Position numbers and translations under genes: made by a program | Origin: Eledone cirrhosa | Taxonomy: Eukaryota | Reading direction: 5' to 3' | Assembly: GCA_964016885.1 (NCBI GenBank) | Contig: OZ024754.1 | Location: forward strand, 37,014,001-37,078,000 | Length of the DNA stretch: 64,000 nucleotides | The notes under the pieces: model-generated | What the model was told of the DNA's origin: nothing | What the model saw: only the letters and a program-made list of their open reading frames with translations | The model's database searches: none | Shown: piece after piece, positions 26,020 to 38,429 of the stretch | Position numbering within the stretch: position 1 is the first letter of the stretch | How the letters are laid out: every line of letters starts with the position of its first letter

Positions 26020-26192
26020 AAGCCTGAAATGCATAGACGGTTGTCCCCCTTGCTTCTGCTGGACATCACCAGAGGGCGTTAGCCCACCGGTGTTTGCATA
26101 GTTACGGCTTCCTAAAACCGTATTTCCTTGGAGATACGAAATACTTATACATATTGTATAAAGCTATGCTTGAAGCGAAATCCTATTTCTTT

Positions 26193-26228
<36 letters not shown>

Positions 26229-26424
26229 AGAGGATTCTGTAAAGGGATCTTGAAGTGTTTTGAATGAATATGGCCTTCAAAACGGTCGGAAATTGGTAAA
26301 AATCATTACATTATGGAGTTGTGAAACAAATACTATACTCTAAATGACATTTAAAACATTTTAAATATCAAAATATCAAGAATTTTTTTAAAATCTTATC
26401 TTTCTGGAAAAGAAAATATCTTAC

Positions 26425-26571
26425 CTTGGTTACGCAGTTCACGTTCATCTTCAGCTGAAAGCTGGCCATGGGATGGATTTAGACGGTAATGTCTGGCCAA
26501 ACCAGCCCGACCAATATAAGCTTTAGAACACAGTTCACATTTAAAATTTTTTGGTTTTGAAGAACCCAAAC
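26425..26571 (-). CDS. ZNF839: ZNF839-like exon 2 (single C2H2-type zinc finger)
   Basis: TTAG| acceptor and G|GTAAG donor, 147 nt, phase 1-1. Encodes FKCELCSKAYIGRAGLARHYRLNPSHG, matching the recalled ZNF839 finger [25 protein letters not shown]. Confidence 0.9.
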
Positions 26572-26859
26572 CTAACAAAGTAAAAAATATATAAATAATT
26601 TCATGTATTATAAAAGGCTTTAATAAAAAATATTGTTTTTTTCTACAGATTCCAATCATCATCATCATCACCGTTTAACATACATTTTTCCATGCTAGTA
26701 TGGGTTAGACGAGTTATACCATTGTGGGACAAGTCAGATCAAATGAATGTGCCATGCTGATAGAGAACTGTTTCTGGCTAAGTTTCTATGGCTGGATGCC
26801 CTTCCTAATGCCAACCACATTTACATTGTGAACTGTGTGCTTTTTCCGTGTCCCTAAGA

Positions 26860-27030
26860 CAACCACTTTACAGTGTGGACTGGACGTTTTTTATCATGAA
26901 ACCAATATGACCACTTTACAGTGTGGACTGGACGTTTTTTATCATGAAACCAATATGACAACTTTACAGTGTGGACTGGACGTTTTTTATCATGAAACCA
27001 ATATGACAACTTTACAGTGTGGACTAGGTG
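26860..27030. repeat. 48-bp tandem repeat inside a SINE
   Basis: About 3.5 copies of ACTTTACAGTGTGGACTGGACGTTTTTTATCATGAAACCAATATGAC. Confidence 0.9.
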
Positions 27031-28076
27031 ATTTATGTTGTGGCATCAGCATCAATATCTTCACAGATTTCTTCTTAAAGGTTCAAATCCTTACCCAAGT
27101 CAGATGAAGCTTACAACTGTAGCGCGAGAGCAAAGTGTATGTATTACTTACAAGATCTTGCATCTCTCCCAAACAAGTACACAGCATATCTCCCAATCAA
27201 TAAGCAACAAAACAAGTGCTCAATCATCTACAAAACATAGCTCATTAATCAGTTTAAGAATAGTTTTTGTCCTTTGCACTGAACAGAGATCTGTTGGAAC
27301 AAAACTGGACATTCGCACCATAATCTCAGCCGGCAAATCCTTTCTTAACCCTTTAGTATTTACATTACTCTATATATACTATTGTATTTTTGTGATAAAA
27401 GCTCTACCTCACATAATTATCTCACTGAATATTGAATCTATGAGATTCTGTTCAAACTGACCATAACTGGTTACTCATACTTATGTTAAGGTATTGTTCT
27501 CATGACTGAAACTAATAAAATAATATATATATCAGCAATGTGAAATAAAGTGTCTTGCTCAAGGAAACAACACATCACCTGGTTCAATTGTCGGACTAGG
27601 TGATGTGTTGTGTCCTTGAGCAAGACACTTTATTTCACATTGCTCCAGTTTACTCAGCTGTAGAAATGAAATGATAGGGACTGGGGTCCCTATCATTCCA
27701 CTGCAAAGTGGCCGTGGAGGTGCCATGGCAAAAAAGCACCCAGCCCACACTGTAAATGAGGTTGGTGATAGGAAGGGCATCCAGCTGTAGAAATCAAGCC
27801 AGAATCAGTTCCATATGAGCAAGACATGGTCACCTGACCTGGCATTGCTCACAACAGGACAACCCGTCTAACCCATGCTAGCGTGGAAGAATGGACGTAA
27901 AACATTGATGATGATGATGATATATATATATATATATATATATATGTAAAAGTTCTATTTAAATTGTTGGGATACAACAAGCAAATATTTTTATAACTGA
28001 TATAAAGCACTCAACAAATATTTGGAGTAAAAATACGATATTAACAAATGGAAACTATATTTATAAAACCATATTT

Positions 28077-28139
28077 ATTTCATTATACATATTTCAAGGA
28101 CACCAAGTTAAATTATGGTGTGCTTTCATCAGATAAAAT
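28077..28139 (-). ncRNA. Type-I hammerhead ribozyme (left arm of foldback)
   Basis: Reverse complement ATTTTAT-CTGATGA-AAGC ACACCA...TGGTGT CCTT-GAAA-TATGTA-TA-ATGAAAT. Confidence 0.75.
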
Positions 28140-28232
28140 ATAATATAGATCAGTTTGGGAGCTTCCAACAGTAATGGTTGCATTTTTTTAAGGGGTATGT
28201 CAATATTTATTTATAAAACTGATCTATATTAT

Positions 28233-28295
28233 ATTTTATCTGATGAAAGCACACAATAATTTAACTTGGTGTCCTTGAAATATGTATAATGAAAT
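28233..28295 (+). ncRNA. Type-I hammerhead ribozyme (right arm of foldback)
   Basis: ATTTTAT-CTGATGA-AAG...CTT-GAAA-TATGTA-TA-ATGAAAT, overlapping a downstream AATAAA. Confidence 0.72.
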
Positions 28296-28336
28296 AAATA
28301 TGGTTTTATAAATATAGTTTCCATTTGTTAATATCG

Positions 28337-28376
<40 letters not shown>

Positions 28377-28654
28377 ATACATACAAACAGAGCAGAGTGT
28401 CATCTGACCTTTATGTAAAATCTCAGAACATGACAACTGGTGCTAGGCTGAAAATAGATGTGTGATGGTGATGATGACAATATAAGCTAAAGAGTAGTTG
28501 CCAACCCAGCGGGGCATATGACAACCTCTCTGGTTCTGATGCCCCAATAAAATACATCTGTAAAGTGGATGGCAATCGAACAGAGATAATGTTGGGTTTG
28601 AGAAGACTGTCTAGTCAGGCTGTGCATATAACCTCCCAAATACTGGTGCCATGA

Positions 28655-29400
28655 TAAAATGCACCCAGTAGACTCTGTAAAGTGATAGTGCTGGTGCCAC
28701 AGTAAAATACACCCAGTAGACTCTTGTAAAGTGATAGTGCTGGTGCCACAGTAAAATACACCCAGTAGACTCTTGTAAAGTGATAGTGCTGGTGCCACAG
28801 TAAAATACACCCAGTAGACTCTTGTAAAGTGATAATGGTGGTGCCACAGTAAAATACACCCAGTAGACTCTTGTAAAGTGATAGTGCTGGTGCCACAGTA
28901 AAATACACCCAGTAGACTCTTGTAAAGTGATAATGGTGGTGCCACAGTAAAATACACCCAGTAGACTCTGTAAAGTGATAATGGTGGTGCCAAAATAAAA
29001 TACACCCAGTAGACTCTGTAAAGTGATAGTGCTGGTGCCACAGTAAAATACACCCAGTAGACTCTGTAAAGTGATAGTGCTGGTGCCACAGTAAAATACA
29101 CCCAGTAGACTCTGTAAAGTGATAGTGCTGGTGCCACAGTAAAATACACCCAGTAGACTCTGTAAAGTGATAGTGCTGGTGCCACAGTAAAATACACCCA
29201 GTAGACTCTTGTAAAGTGATAGTGCTGGTGCCACAGTAAAATACACCCAGTAGACTCTGTAAAGTGATAATGGTGGTGCCAAAATAAAATACACCCAGTA
29301 GACTCTGTAAAGTGATACTGTTGGTACCAAAATAAAATACACCCAGTAGACTCTGTAAAGTATTATTGCTGATGCCACGATTAAATGTATCCAGTACGTT
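28655..29400. repeat. 49-50-bp tandem minisatellite (about 14 copies)
   Basis: Unit AAAATACACCCAGTAGACTCT(T)GTAAAGTGATAGTGCTGGTGCCACAGT. Confidence 0.95.
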
Positions 29401-29987
29401 CTGTAAGGTGTTTGGCATTGGAAAGGCCATCCAACCATAGAAACCACAGCAAACATGACGAGGCCTCCTCCAATAAAAGCATGAAAGACAAACGTAAAAA
29501 GGATGACATAAATACACTGATATAAACAGCCCCTAACAAGTTCGTACAGATATGGTATCAACGTGTCTGTAAAAATAAGACCTAGGGTTGATATATGATC
29601 GACTAAACCCCTTCAAGGCTGTGCCCCAGCGTGGCCACGGTCTAATAACTGAAACAAGTAGAAGAATAAAAGACTATATTTGTTTTAATTACTGACTATC
29701 AATATTTACCAACATTGACCTTACAAAAATGCAACATAAACAATTTCAATATTAATTTTCTCGCATAGTTTTGTATTTCTGGAAATAATACCACAGTAAA
29801 AGCTGTGGTGTATGTCCTTGTGTTAATCTCTCCATTAAAAACATCTAACAGAAATAATTATTTCCTTCCATATATATATATATATATATAAATCCTAAGC
29901 AATAGTCATTTGGTTTGGGTTTATTAAAATCCGTAATGTACATTTCACTGAGGACTGTCAGTTACGATAGCCTGAGCTTCACAACCG

Positions 29988-30025
<38 letters not shown>

Positions 30026-30237
30026 CAGTCTTCAAATTATTATTACTACTATATATATATATATATAATAGTTAGGGGTTAACCGAACAAGGATGTGCGT
30101 ATCATTTAATGGTCTGTCGGTTGTGAAGCTCAGGCTGTCATAACTGACAGTCCTCAGTGAAATGTACATTACGGATTTTAATAAACCCAAACCAAATGAC
30201 TATGGCCTCGAATATATATATATATATATATATATAT

Positions 30238-30425
30238 AACGAAGGAAATGTGGTAAGGAACCAGGTGGACCATAACGCACCAAAGTACTCAATACTTAGG
30301 GTAGTAGAGTGGGTAATAGGAACAAGTAAGACCCCGACGGCTGAGCTCAAGCCGTTTCGACGGCTAATTCTGACAGAATTAGCCGTCGAAACGGCTTGAG
30401 CTCAGCCGTCGGGGTCTTACTTGTT

Positions 30426-30432
<7 letters not shown>
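30238..30432 (-). mobile_element. Family B foldback element
   Basis: Perfect hairpin (30306-30430) containing GAAAC-GGCT-TGAGCTC-AGCC-GTC in both arms, between (TA)n tracts. Confidence 0.7.
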
Positions 30433-30477
<45 letters not shown>

Positions 30478-30984
30478 CACGGCCAAAGACAACGAACACC
30501 CTAATGAGGCAGTACTAGTGACATCATAAAATACACCCAGCGCACCATGTAACGTGGTACTACTGGTGCCACCATAAAGACCACCCACTGCAAAGTGGAA
30601 GAGCTGGTGCCATCGTAAAAAAAAGCACCCAGTCTATCATCTAAGCTATTAGTGCTGGTTACACGATAAAAAAGCATCCACTCTACAATGTAAAGTGGCT
30701 GGCGCACTAAGAAGGGTATCAAATCGTAGAAGACTAAAGCTAAGACTATAAGCAACTGAAAAAACACTATGGTCATCTGACTAGACTTGCCTAAGAATCT
30801 GAAAACCCGTCAAACCCATGCAAGCATGGAAAATAGACGTTAAACAGTAATGATGATGGTGACACACACACACAGATATATATATATATATATATATACG
30901 TTATTCCGGGTTGAATCGGAGGTAACCACAGTAAGTAAGGTACTCAATACATAGCAGAGTATAAAAGTTTTAATATAGATGAGA

Positions 30985-31029
30985 TTCTACAGGACTAGAA
31001 CTGTTTCATTCTTTAGAAATCATCAGAAA
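30985..31029 (-). ncRNA. Hammerhead ribozyme, family A
   Basis: Reverse complement TTT-CTGATGA-TTTCTAAAGAAT-GAAACAG-TTCTAGTC-CTGT-A-GAA, with a short stem I. Confidence 0.6.
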
Positions 31030-31137
31030 ACATATACATGTTTAAATATATATCGCCCGATGGCAACTTCTTTTCCCGTCTTTTAAGGGTTTTCTTTCAC
31101 CCTATATCTTTATAGCACCTCTGCGCTTGAGTGCATC

Positions 31138-31187
<50 letters not shown>

Positions 31188-31276
31188 GCAGGCATTCATT
31201 TTTGACACCCTTTCCCAACCAGCTACAATAGAGCAGCATTAAAAACAAACTGCCCCTGAATTTGAGAGAGATCTGC

Positions 31277-31318
<42 letters not shown>

Positions 31319-31372
31319 GCATAATATATATGTATATATATATATACACGTAATGTATTAGAAGCTGTCGGA

Positions 31373-31407
<35 letters not shown>

Positions 31408-31620
31408 TATATATATATATATACACGTAATGTATGTATATAATATACATAGTCGGTATTGAGTGATGCCATAACCAAAGTTAAGGAAGTAGCATATATT
31501 TGTATGACAACACTACGGAAGGACGAGGGGGTTATCGAGACATAGTGCCTAATTGTGTTGTTGTTGTTCATAAACAAACTAGAAACAAAACTAAATTAAC
31601 ATTATAATTCTCTCTCCCTC

Positions 31621-31654
<34 letters not shown>

Positions 31655-31662
31655 CAGAGAGA

Positions 31663-31832
31663 GAGAAATGGCTTCTACAGGACTAGACCTGTTTCATTCG
31701 GAAGAAACCATCGGGAATGAAACAGTTCTAGTCCTGCAGAAGCCATTTCTATATTAAATATTTATACTCTGCTATGGATTGAGTACCTTACTTACTGTGG
31801 TTACCCCCCCTCCCCCCCGATTGAACCCGGGA
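31663..31832 (+). mobile_element. Family A foldback element
   Basis: Hairpin AGAAATGGCTTCTACAGGACTAG...CTAGTCCTGCAGAAGCCATTTCT plus a tail with ATTGAGTAC. Homologous to 4251-4440, 4660-4790, 4934-5070, 5280-5480 and 30900-31030. Confidence 0.65.
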
Positions 31833-32153
31833 TACACACACACACACACACACACACAGCGACCTACACCCCACCCCACACACCTTTTCCTGAACATGGA
31901 ACCTCGTTCTTCCCCCCAACATTCTCATTCACATACACACACACACGCACACCTACACCTACACCACTTTCAGCCCTCCCCGCTCGGACACCCCGCCTCC
32001 CTCTCCCCACTCCACCACTTGTTTATCTTCATGTTTATTTTTATTTTTTTTATTTGTACCCCTTCCACCGTTTTTCCTCTCCCTCCCTTTTTTCTAAATG
32101 TCTCTCCTCCACTCCCCTACACACCCTCGGAACTCTCTTCCCACACACTTTTC

Positions 32154-32185
32154 GCCTGAAGAAGGGCTTATGCCCGAAACGTCGC
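32154..32185 (+). ncRNA. Penelope-type minimal hammerhead motif
   Basis: GC-CTGAAGA-A-GGGC TTAT GCCC-GAAA-CG-TC-GC, preceded by a pyrimidine-rich tract and followed by AATAAA (32215) and (TA)n. This is a typical PLE 3'-end layout. Stem I is only about 2 bp. Confidence 0.7.
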
Positions 32186-32268
32186 CCCTCCCCTCACTCT
32201 CAAGAGCGTGAAACTAATAAACCTTTGTTCGTACTGCCTCTCTGTTTTGTTCCCGTTCCATTTTTCAC

Positions 32269-32354
<86 letters not shown>

Positions 32355-32742
32355 GAGAGGGAGGGAGGGAGGGAGAGAGAGGGAGAGAGAGATGATAGGT
32401 AGATGATAAATAAATAGATGGATGGATGGATGGATAGATATAGCATCCGTCCAAAACAGCATGCCAACATCTAAAAAGGTAAAACCCATCTGCGTATACT
32501 CGGTTTAAACCCATGCCCTGGGGGTAAAAATACGAACTTTGTGATAGCCTTCACTCAGATAGGGTCATACAGGGTGTGTCTGAGGGCTATGTTTAGGAAA
32601 CCACACTCTGCTTCATGATAAATACTGTAATATTTATATTTATAGGGGTAATATAGAGTTTTAAAACACCTGATCTCATCTTCGATTGGACTAGATATCG
32701 AAAGTGGAAAAGGGGGAAATGGATTCATATTTTCGATTAAAC

Positions 32743-32782
<40 letters not shown>

Positions 32783-32784
<2 letters not shown>

Positions 32785-32990
32785 CGAAGGAAATGTGGTA
32801 AGGAACCAGGTGGGCGATAACGCACCAAAGTACTCAATACTTAGGGTAGTAGAGTGGGTAATAGGAACGAGTAGGACCCCGACGGCTGAGCTCAAGCCGT
32901 TTCGACGGCTAATTCTGGACTAAATTTTAGTCCAGAATTAGCCGTCGAAACGGCTTGAGCTCAGCCGTCGGGGTCCTACTCGTTCCTATA
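32783..32990 (-). mobile_element. Family B foldback element
   Basis: Near-identical to 30238-30432 with a slightly longer hairpin (32861-32989), between (TA)n tracts. Confidence 0.7.
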
Positions 32991-33202
32991 TATATATATA
33001 TATAATAAATAATAAATGTGAAGACTAAAATCCGAAGGGGGGTCGATAAGGATATGCCAACACAAGAGCAAGAATGAGGGGCTCATTCAACTGACATGTT
33101 TTGCATAATTGCAAACGAATCGAATATTATTATTGATATTCGATTCGTTACACACACACATATATATATATAAAAAGACTTTAAATATATATAAAAAGAC
33201 TT

Positions 33203-33257
<55 letters not shown>

Positions 33258-33841
33258 GTAGAGCAGCGATTCTTTGCTTAAACTTTAATCTGTTCTTATT
33301 ATATATATATATGTATATATATATATATGTATGTATGTATATACACGTGTGTGTATGTGTGTGCTTTAGAAGCAACTTAAGCAGAAAAACTGATGTAAAT
33401 GAAATACTAAGATAAATACTTAGTTGCAAGTCAGCACTGATTGACCATCTTGAATTTTTAGGGTCATGTAAGGCTGGCTACATTATTGAATGTGATGTAT
33501 CCTTATTTAAGGCAGTGGAGTATAGTTTAAGGGAGATTTGGCTGCTATTTTCAGCAGTTAACAATGACCATGTAGAGGTTTATCTCGATTTTGTAAAAAG
33601 TAGTAATTCATGTAATTCGACTCCATGTGTCAAAAGTCAGATACCTTATAATCAAATAAATGATAATTGTTTCTACATTTGGCACAAGGCCAGCAATTAT
33701 CCCAGTGTATTACTGGTACTTTATTTTATCGACCCCGTAAGGATGTGCCCGACCAACAGACAATCAAATAAAAGATAATGATGACATATTGATGAAACAG
33801 TGAAAGAAAATGTGTGAACGGTGACGATGAACTAAACTTAC

Positions 33842-35783
33842 CTGGGTGGATGTAAGGTTCATCAAGGACTTCCAAATGACCACCACTTCGGGCAGCGGCG
33901 GCTGCGGCAGCCCGTCGTTCAGCCTCTTCATCTTCGCTGTATTTAAAATCAGAGTAACCCCCATCCGAGTCATCGTAGTCCTCGTCCCAATCAAGCACGT
34001 GGATGTGTTTATAGTCTTTTACCATGTGTTTTGGAGGTTTGGAAACACGACCTGACCTCGTCCTGGGTCGACGTTTTTTACGCTCCTCCTTCTCTTCTTT
34101 GCTTAGCTCGGGTCCGTCTATTTTCTCCTCCTCTTCTTTGTTTCTCCGTCGATAAGGTCTCCTTTGGAGTTGGTTGAACATAACTGTTTGTTGACCCTGG
34201 GACTGAGTTTCTACTCGACTCTGTAGTGTAGTAGTTCCATCTGAGCCTGAACTCTCAACTACTCCGCTGGTAACGGATTTATGGAGTTCGGACGGATAGA
34301 TAACTCTATAGACAATCCTTGTGTTGGTCTGGGGGTTATACAAAATACTAGAACCCTCAGCTTGTGTGCTTCGAGCTAGCTGTTGTTGTTGAACCACTTG
34401 CATAATTTGGTGAAGTTGATCCGAAGTCAGCTGTTGCAATGGTGTGTATTGATTCCCTTGTTGAATAATACGGATGGGATTTTGGCTGGAACCTAAAGGA
34501 GCTCCACTTTCGTCGTTGGATGGTGCAAGAGTGATGCTAATGCTGTTTTGAGGTGTCATACCATTACGAGACGAATTCCCATTCATTTCGTCCCCATTTT
34601 CGTCACCTTCTAAACAACCATTCTCGGAATTATCGTTGTTTATAAATTGTTGTTCCACCACAATATTCTGGGTATCAATATCTGAACCCATCATTTCTTC
34701 TTCTTGTTCTAAAACATCATCAGTCTGTTGTTGTAATTTCTGAAATTGGTGATGTACGAGATCGCTTCGATCATTATCGACGTGGTTACTATTGTTGTTA
34801 TTATTAATAACTGTGTTGTTGTTGTTTGTTGTGACTACTCTGCTGTCGGTAATAATATGTATAGGTAAAGTTGTAGTGTGTGTGTTCACTAACTCTTGAT
34901 GAAATGTCTCCTGGACCCCTGTAGCAGCATTAGTCGCCGTCGCTGTTGTTACAATATTATTGCCTCTGCCGTCATCTTCAACACCTGTCACAGATGATGC
35001 TACTTCACTCATGGTCATCGCTTCCGACAACGATGAAGGTTGTTCAGAGATATCTGCAGCAGTAACTCCAGAAAAGTCCTCAGTACCATCTACGAAACTG
35101 GTATCACTATTAGTGTTTGGTTGATTTTCAGCATTATTGACTCCAACAACGACATTTCCATGTATTTCTGGGACGAGTACACCGTCGACAACTTGATGTC
35201 CTTTGTCATCGTTCGCTCTGGAAACAACAACTACAGTGGTAGCATGTTCGTGTTGAGACGATCCTGTCACACTTTCCTGCACTTGCGGCTGAGTAAGGTG
35301 GACAACTTGCGGAATGGATAAAGATGAAACATCACCAACGACGTTTACTGCATGTTGTACGGTATCTACAGTCGAGATTGAACCTGCAACTGACGGCGAT
35401 GTAATGTTCTCAGTTGTAACGGCAGAGGGTAGAACCGTACTTGTTTCCACCACAGTGTTGACAATATCTCCAGTGGGACCGACTATACTGACAACACTTT
35501 CCGTCGAAGTGTTGTTATTGTCAATAGTAGATTGAGCATATTTCACTGAAGTCAGACTTTCCTGTGGAACCACTTCTGACATGGTTTGCTGTAAAATATC
35601 TCCGACATGTTCGGATTGTTGTACTCCTTGATCAACTGATTGTTCGGTTAATTCTTCTGATACAATCAGGCTGTCTCCAGCAGGTACTACCATTGCGGGC
35701 AATTGAGCGGAACTAGCGCTGCCGGCTACCACAACAACATTATGTTGTTCCATGATACCAGTAGCACTTGGCTGGTCCGCCAT
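33842..35783 (-). CDS. ZNF839: ZNF839-like protein, coding exon 1
   Basis: Long ORF from CCAACATGGCG. Low-complexity N-terminus, then GSSQNPIRIIQQGNQY and RTRSGRVSKPPKHMVKDYKHI (ZNF839-type TRSGRxSxPPK...KDYK motif). Donor CAG|GTAAGT at 33841, phase 1. Confidence 0.85.
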
Positions 35784-38429
35784 GTTGGCTGGGCCTCATA
35801 CAGCAGCAGCAGCGGTAGTGGCAGTAGACTCGCAGTGAAGGAGGAGAGGGAAGAGTATGAGAGACAGAAGAAAAATGACGGAATAACACGAAGATGAAAT
35901 ATTGCTCGGCCACTCGTACAATTAGTGCATATTTTTCCTCATGATACATTCCTTTCCACGTGGATTTTGTTGAGAATTATTATCCAATTGGTTAGAAACA
36001 GAAATAGATCAATATGGTTTTAGTTAATTTCTCACGATGTTAGCACTGGGAGCAGCTGTATGAATGTGTAGTAGTCATTGTAGTATTTCTGTTGGCGCCA
36101 ACTCACCGAGTGTAGAGCTTTTAGTAGGGGCGCTGTGTGCAGAAGCACGTGACCCTCTCCTGCATTTGAGTTACCTCCCTTATTAATATAACTTTCGTTA
36201 CTTCACATTTAAGACTTTTACGCATATAGTGCGATAAGATTCTATAACATCACCTATTCAAATTTATTAATTACGTACATTGTTTTGCTTATGTTTTATA
36301 TCTAGCATATATTTTTTTATTATTTCATAAATTACTAAATACGTACTTAATTACCGAATAATTAGGAAAATATTGTTTTAGTATAATAAAAATTTATTTT
36401 CCGAATGCCTGTAACTTTTTCCACAATAAATATTTTGCCTATGAAGTGTTTTTAATTGATTTCATTAACCACTTTCTTTCCATTTGCTGAAGCAAGAATA
36501 AAACATATTTCTGAACATAAGCCTCTGTAAAATTCACATATTTTTCTTTTTTTTTCCATCTCTTTTTTCCCTTCTCTCTCTCTCTCTCTCTCTCTCACAA
36601 CTGGCTTTATTAAATGCTCCTATAAATACCTAGAAATAGTTGATATCTTTTGTTACTTAGGTGACCTAATTAGCAGTGGAGGTGAATGTTCTGAAGTGAC
36701 AGTAGGTAGATTGAGGACAAATTGGAAAAAAAGGTCAGGGGCTACATCTGCTGCATCAGTTGTTAGCTGCTGAGACACTGCATCCCTTAAAACCTCCATG
36801 CTTCCTAAAATTCACCAACACTACACCTGATACCCCCCCCCCCTCCATACACACGCACACATGTATATCATGACACACACACTGTTCATTTCCCTGACAT
36901 TTGAACATTATTCTATGTACTATACATAGGTTGACTTTGCCTTTCATCCTTACGGGGTCGATAAAATAAAAGTACCAGTAATGCACTGGGTTATTGCTGG
37001 CCTTGTGCCTAAAGTAGAAACAATTATTCTATGTACTATATATGTACCTTTGATGAGTTGTAGTGCACCCGAGCACTGTACACTATAATTTCATTATTAT
37101 TATTATTATTATGTTTGATGATTGTTAAGTGAAGGAGTTCCCAGTGGAAGGAAGCTGCAGCAGAGGAAGGCCATAGAAAATCTGGGTAGATCTGAAAATA
37201 CTGAACCTGATGGTGATGATGAAGAAATACACAATGAGGGGAGGGAAGCTATACTGGAAAAGATACGTCCTACCCATGCAAGCAGGGAGAAATGAATTCA
37301 AAAACGATTATTAAAATTACTGAAAATACTCTTTGCAGCTACTCTGAGTTTCTTAGATTTCCGTCAATCGTGCAACTGGAAACACATTTTTACATGACAC
37401 AGGTAGGAGACCCAGAGCAAGGTGGCTGGATAACATCCATGAGCTTGACTGGTCATGCTTGGGGATCCAGCTGGATTAGTTGGAGACAGTTGCTTCTGAC
37501 AGGACCCAAGTGTTTGAGGGCTCTGTCCTCACGACCCTCTCAGGAATAAGTGGGCAAAGAAGAAGGGGTATAGCACAGTATATATGGTAAATATAATGGG
37601 TGTGGTTAATACAATAAATTAAACAGAATTGACATCATCATCACAGTTTAACGTCCATTTTCCACGCTAGCATGGGTTAGACAATTTGTCTCGTGAGACA
37701 AACAAGATAAGGTGACCATGTTTTACTCATACAGAACTATTTCTGATTTGGTTTCTATGGCTGGATGTCCTTCCTAATGCCAACCACATTTACAGTGTAG
37801 ACTAGATGTTTTTATGACAGTTTTGTAAAAAAAAATATTAAGCTGTAGAGGCCATGCCAAAAAGAAAATGGGGTTAAGTGGGACAATAATGATAATGATA
37901 ATAATAATGAAATTATTGTGTACAGTGCTCAGGTGCACTACAACTCATCAAAGGTGCATGTATAGTACATAGAATAATGTACAAATGTCAGGAAAATGAA
38001 CAGTGTATTAGTCATGATATAATAATAATAATGAAATATTGTGTACAGTGCCCAGGTGCACCACAACTCATCAAAAAGTGCATGTACAGTACATAGGGCA
38101 ATGCACAAACATCAGTAAAATGAACAGTGCACGAGTCATGATACACACGTGTGCATGTGTATGGAAGGGGTACATCAGGTGTAGTTTTGGCGTATGTCTT
38201 CTCTATACTTGTACCTAAAGTAGAAACAATTATCATTCAAACCAGCTATATCTGACCACATTTCTTTCACCTCTTTCTGTCCAAACCGGCTGTATCTGGC
38301 CACTCATACTGATGTTAAGGTATTGTTCTCAAAATAAATAATATTAAAATCTCATATTATGTGAGATGAAACATTTACCACGAAAATACAATAGTAAATA
38401 TAGAGTAATATAAATGCTAAAGGGTTAAA

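Noticed and set aside
28487-29561. Three overlapping 236-316-aa ORFs
   Set aside because: Products of the 49-50-bp SINE-derived tandem array.
33085-33150. Hammerhead-like CTGACATG...GAATC with a small hairpin (also CTGAAAGA...GAAA at 23700)
   Set aside because: The core is too degenerate to call. These may be decayed members but cannot be supported.
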